Sequence record: NZ_AP019754.1
DNA length: 64,000 nucleotides
Strand: one strand, 5' to 3'
Source of the DNA: a plasmid
Of this stretch, positions 60,563-64,000 are shown one piece after another. Positions within the stretch are counted from its first letter, which is position 1, and each line of letters opens with the position of its first letter. The notes below the pieces were generated by a model. The model did not search any database and was not told the DNA's origin. It worked only from the letters and a program-made list of their open reading frames with translations. A program made the translations under genes and the position numbers.

Positions 60563-62428
60563 ATGACGGACACACGACTCACTTCTTCTGCCAACAGTGC
60601 CGCCGGTTCATCACCCGTGCTTGATATTCGGGATCTCAGCGTCTCATTTCGTGGGCGCAGCGGCGAGAATCAGGCACTAAAAGGCATCAGTTTTGCCATT
60701 AATCCGGGCGAAATTGTCGCCGTAGTGGGTGAGAGTGGCTCAGGGAAATCAGTCACTTCTTTGGCCGTAATGGGCTTACTGGCGAACAGCGGCCGTATCG
60801 ATCGCGGCAGCATGCAGTTTCGCGATCGTGGCGGAAAAGTACATGCGCTGGAAACACTGGATGAAAATCAGCGCCGCACGTTACGTGGTTGCGAAATGGC
60901 GATGATCTTTCAGGAGCCCATGACCTCGCTGAATCCGGTGCTGCGCGTCGATGACCAGCTCACTGAAGCGTTACGCGATCATCAACAGTGCGACAAGAAA
61001 GAAGCGCATGCGCGCGTGCGTGAATTGCTTCGACAGGTGCGTATTGCCGATGTGGATCGTGTCATGAAAAGCTATCCGCACGCACTCTCAGGCGGTATGC
61101 GCCAGCGGGTGATGATTGCGCAGGCGCTGGCCTGTGATCCGCAACTTCTGATTGCTGACGAACCTACAACGGCGCTGGATGTTACCGTGCAGGCGCGCAT
61201 TCTGCACATTCTGCGTGAGCTGCAACGCGAGAAACAAATGGCGGTGCTGTTTATCACTCACGATATGGGCGTCGTGGCTGAAATCGCCGATCGTGTCGTG
61301 GTCATGCTGCGTGGCGAAGTCGTCGAACAGGGCAGCGTCGCAGCGGTTTTTGCCGCCCCGCAGCACCCGTATACCCAGGCTTTGCTGGCGGCGGTGCCGA
61401 GACTGGGCGACATGCGCGAATATGCGTGGCCGCAACGCTTTCCGCTGCTCGGCACACAGAATACCGTCGAAAATGAACAGCATACCGCGCGCTACGACAC
61501 CGCGCCGTTGCTCGATGTGCGTGGGTTGAAAGTCTACTATCCCATCCGCAGCGGCATCTTTTCGACGCTCACGCATCATGTCCATGCGGTTGAGCAGATT
61601 GATTTCAGTCTGTGGCCAGGTGAAACCCTGGCGATCGTGGGCGAAAGCGGCTGCGGCAAATCGACGACCGGCCGTGCGCTGATGCGCCTGATCAACAGTG
61701 ACGCCGAAAGCATTCACTTCGAAGGGAAAGAAATCTCTCACCTGAAAGAGGCAGCATTCCAGCCGCTCCGCCGTGAAATTCAGATGGTGTTTCAGGATCC
61801 CTACGCCTCACTGAACCCTCGGCTTACCGTGGGTTTCACCATTGCCGAGCCCTTGCTGTTACATGGCATGGTGTCCTCACTGGAACAGGCTTCGCCACAG
61901 ATAGATGCGTTGCTGAAGAGCGTTGGTCTGCTGCCCGAGCACGCGCGTCGGTATCCACATGAATTTTCAGGTGGTCAGCGCCAGCGTATTGCCATTGCCC
62001 GCGCCATGGCCCTGAAGCCCAAAGTGATTATTGCTGATGAAGCGGTATCGGCCCTTGACGTCTCCATTCAGGCGCAGGTGGTGAACCTGATGATGGATCT
62101 GCAGCAGCAAACGGGCGTGGCGTGGATTTTCATCTCTCACGATATGGCGGTCGTCGAGCGCATTGCCAACCGTGTGGCGGTGATGTACCTCGGCCAGATT
62201 GTGGAGCTTGGGCCGCGTCAGTCGGTATTTAATCAGCCGCAACATCCTTATACCCAACGCCTGCTGGCCTCCGTGCCGGTGGCGGATCCCGAGAACCGTC
62301 AGCCCCGTATTATCGATGACAGCGAAATCCCTTCGCCGTTAAGAAAAGTGGGCGAAACGGTCACTAAACCCCGTTATCGACAGGTTGCGCCTCAGCACTG
62401 GGTCGCTGACGGCATTGCATTGCGATAA
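60563..62428 (+). CDS. gsiA: peptide/glutathione ABC transporter ATP-binding protein with two fused ATPase domains (GsiA-like)
   Basis: 621 aa with two Walker A ([16 protein letters not shown]), two signature ([16 protein letters not shown]) and two oligopeptide C-terminal motifs. Collinear with E. coli GsiA. Confidence 0.8.
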   Translation: MTDTRLTSSANSAAGSSPVLDIRDLSVSFRGRSGENQALKGISFAINPGEIVAVVGESGSGKSVTSLAVMGLLANSGRIDRGSMQFRDRGGKVHALETLDENQRRTLRGCEMAMIFQEPMTSLNPVLRVDDQLTEALRDHQQCDKKEAHARVRELLRQVRIADVDRVMKSYPHALSGGMRQRVMIAQALACDPQLLIADEPTTALDVTVQARILHILRELQREKQMAVLFITHDMGVVAEIADRVVVMLRGEVVEQGSVAAVFAAPQHPYTQALLAAVPRLGDMREYAWPQRFPLLGTQNTVENEQHTARYDTAPLLDVRGLKVYYPIRSGIFSTLTHHVHAVEQIDFSLWPGETLAIVGESGCGKSTTGRALMRLINSDAESIHFEGKEISHLKEAAFQPLRREIQMVFQDPYASLNPRLTVGFTIAEPLLLHGMVSSLEQASPQIDALLKSVGLLPEHARRYPHEFSGGQRQRIAIARAMALKPKVIIADEAVSALDVSIQAQVVNLMMDLQQQTGVAWIFISHDMAVVERIANRVAVMYLGQIVELGPRQSVFNQPQHPYTQRLLASVPVADPENRQPRIIDDSEIPSPLRKVGETVTKPRYRQVAPQHWVADGIALR

Positions 62429-62449
62429 TTCAACGACCAGGAGATTTTT

Positions 62450-63991
62450 ATGAAAACGCTGTTTCGCCGTACTTCACTCGCCCTCGCATTGACGACGACG
62501 CTGGTCATGACTGCACAGGCACAGGATCTGCGTATTTCAATGTATGCCGATATTACGGGGCTGGATCCGCACGATACCTCAGACAATGTCAGCTATTCGG
62601 TGCAGAGTGGTATCTTTGAACGACTGTTTCAGTTCGATCCACACATGAAGCTCCAGCCCTGGCTGGCCACCGGTTATACCTCAAATGAAAATGCAACGGA
62701 GTTTACGCTGACGTTGCGCAAAGGCGTCACCTTCCAGGATGGCACACCTTTTGATGCGGAAGCCGTCAAAGCCAACCTTGATCGCCTGGCAGACCAGAAA
62801 AAAGGGCTAAAGCGTAACAGCCTGTACAAAATGATCGATAAGGTTACGGTGCTGGCACCCGATCAGGTAAAAATCGATCTTAACCAGTCGTTTGGTGCCT
62901 TTATTAACACGCTGGCACATCCTTCCGCAGTGATGTGGAGCCCGTCCATTCTCAAGCAATATCCAGACGAAGCCCAACTCCGGTTGCATCCTGTGGGTAC
63001 CGGTCCGTTTAAATTTGTTGACTGGACACCGGGCAAAGCGGTCACGCTGGCGAAGTATGACGGTTACTGGCAGCAGGGATGGCCAAAAGTCGATCATGTT
63101 ATCTTCTCACCCAGCCCGGAAGATGCAACACGCGTAGCCGCGTTGAAGTCGGGTCAGGTTGACGCAATCTGGCCATTGCCTTCGGATCTGATTGCTGCCG
63201 TGAAGCAAGACAGCAACCTCTCTGTTCAGCGCGATCCCAGCATTTATCTTTATTACATGGCGATTAATACGCAGCACAAGCCACTGGCAGATGTTCGCGT
63301 GCGTCAGGCAATCAACTATGCGATTGACCGTAATCTGTGGCTGAAGGTGGCCTTTGCTGGTTTAGGTAAACCTGCCACATCCGCCATGCCCGAAGGTGTC
63401 CAGTTTTATCAGAAACAAAACGATCCTGATTATCACTATGCGCCGGATAAAGCCAAAGCGCTGCTGAAAGCGGCGGGCTATCCGAATGGTCTGGATCTCA
63501 AACTCTGGGTTACGAATGCAACGGCCAGCGTGCGCGCCGCTCAGGTACTGAAAGCGCAGCTGGGCACGGTGGGCATTCGTGCCACGGTAACTCCGATGGA
63601 TTCCGGCACGCGCAACGCTAAGTTATGGGGCGTACAGGACCCGAAAAAGGCGGAATTTGACCTGTACTATGGTGGCTGGTCGACGTCCACAGGCGATGCC
63701 GACTGGGCGCTGCGTCCGCTGTTTGCCACTGAATCCTGGGTACCCACCTCCTACAATGTCTCCTATTTCAGCAATCCTGATGTAGACAAAGCCATTGCCG
63801 CCGGGCTGGCAACGGCCGATCCGGCAAAGCGTGGTATCGCCTATGCGCAAGCGCAGAAACTGATATGGCAGGATGCACCGGTGGCATTCCTTGGTACGCC
63901 AGACAATCTCGTTGGCAAACGCCGCACCCTGAATGGTGTTTCCATGCTGCCTGATGGCAATTTGCTCTTCACTCAGGCGTCGTTTAAATAA
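62450..63991 (+). CDS. gsiB: periplasmic substrate-binding protein, family 5 (GsiB-like)
   Basis: 513 aa with a signal peptide and conserved blocks shared with E. coli GsiB (FQDGTPF.AEAVKANLDR, FIN.LAHP, HPVGTGP, GWS.STG.ADWAL.PLFA). Complete in the window. Confidence 0.8.
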   Translation: MKTLFRRTSLALALTTTLVMTAQAQDLRISMYADITGLDPHDTSDNVSYSVQSGIFERLFQFDPHMKLQPWLATGYTSNENATEFTLTLRKGVTFQDGTPFDAEAVKANLDRLADQKKGLKRNSLYKMIDKVTVLAPDQVKIDLNQSFGAFINTLAHPSAVMWSPSILKQYPDEAQLRLHPVGTGPFKFVDWTPGKAVTLAKYDGYWQQGWPKVDHVIFSPSPEDATRVAALKSGQVDAIWPLPSDLIAAVKQDSNLSVQRDPSIYLYYMAINTQHKPLADVRVRQAINYAIDRNLWLKVAFAGLGKPATSAMPEGVQFYQKQNDPDYHYAPDKAKALLKAAGYPNGLDLKLWVTNATASVRAAQVLKAQLGTVGIRATVTPMDSGTRNAKLWGVQDPKKAEFDLYYGGWSTSTGDADWALRPLFATESWVPTSYNVSYFSNPDVDKAIAAGLATADPAKRGIAYAQAQKLIWQDAPVAFLGTPDNLVGKRRTLNGVSMLPDGNLLFTQASFK

Positions 63992-64000
63992 GACGCGGAT

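Overview
Chromosomal window from an enterobacterium, most likely Pantoea/Erwinia-like. That call rests on the periplasmic chorismate mutase, a complete arnBCADTEF operon and a complete rutR-rutABCDEFG operon. From start to end the window contains: (i) a co-linear response regulator, histidine kinase, membrane fusion protein and RND pump on the minus strand; (ii) mipA, then the arn lipid A-Ara4N operon with a PmrA-box-like site upstream; (iii) an accessory block (14.3-34.8 kb). This block holds two paralogous pentapeptide (NWETF) chemoreceptors under sigma-28 promoters in inverted orientation. Between them sit the periplasmic chorismate mutase, an IS30-family transposase remnant, a small zinc-ribbon ORF and a 2867-aa NdvB/ChvB-type cyclic beta-1,2-glucan synthase. 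The block continues with two YmgB/AriR-like small proteins and a Cache-GGDEF diguanylate cyclase; (iv) a decaying stretch (34.0-43.0 kb). This holds a chemoreceptor pseudogene, a DUF606 pseudogene, a disrupted unknown ORF and a frameshifted MarR gene. Embedded in it is an intact, non-enteric-looking GH15 glycosidase, short NAD-type 6PGDH, G6PDH and polyphosphate-glucokinase-like cluster; (v) a metallo-hydrolase, GNAT, DUF333 lipoprotein and ChrR-like reductase, then a fliD-fliC pair with no fliS/fliT, a RES-Xre toxin-antitoxin pair and a KTSC protein with a secreted Cys/His protein; (vi) the rut operon with a sigma-54 promoter; (vii) DUF1611, a YcjG-like dipeptide epimerase and GsiA/GsiB-like peptide ABC transporter genes. 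The most unusual observations are the cyclic-glucan synthase locus in an enteric background next to an IS remnant, a family of short repeated stem-loop footprints tying the ndvB 3' end to the chemoreceptor pseudogene, and the horizontally acquired-looking sugar-oxidation cluster among pseudogenes.
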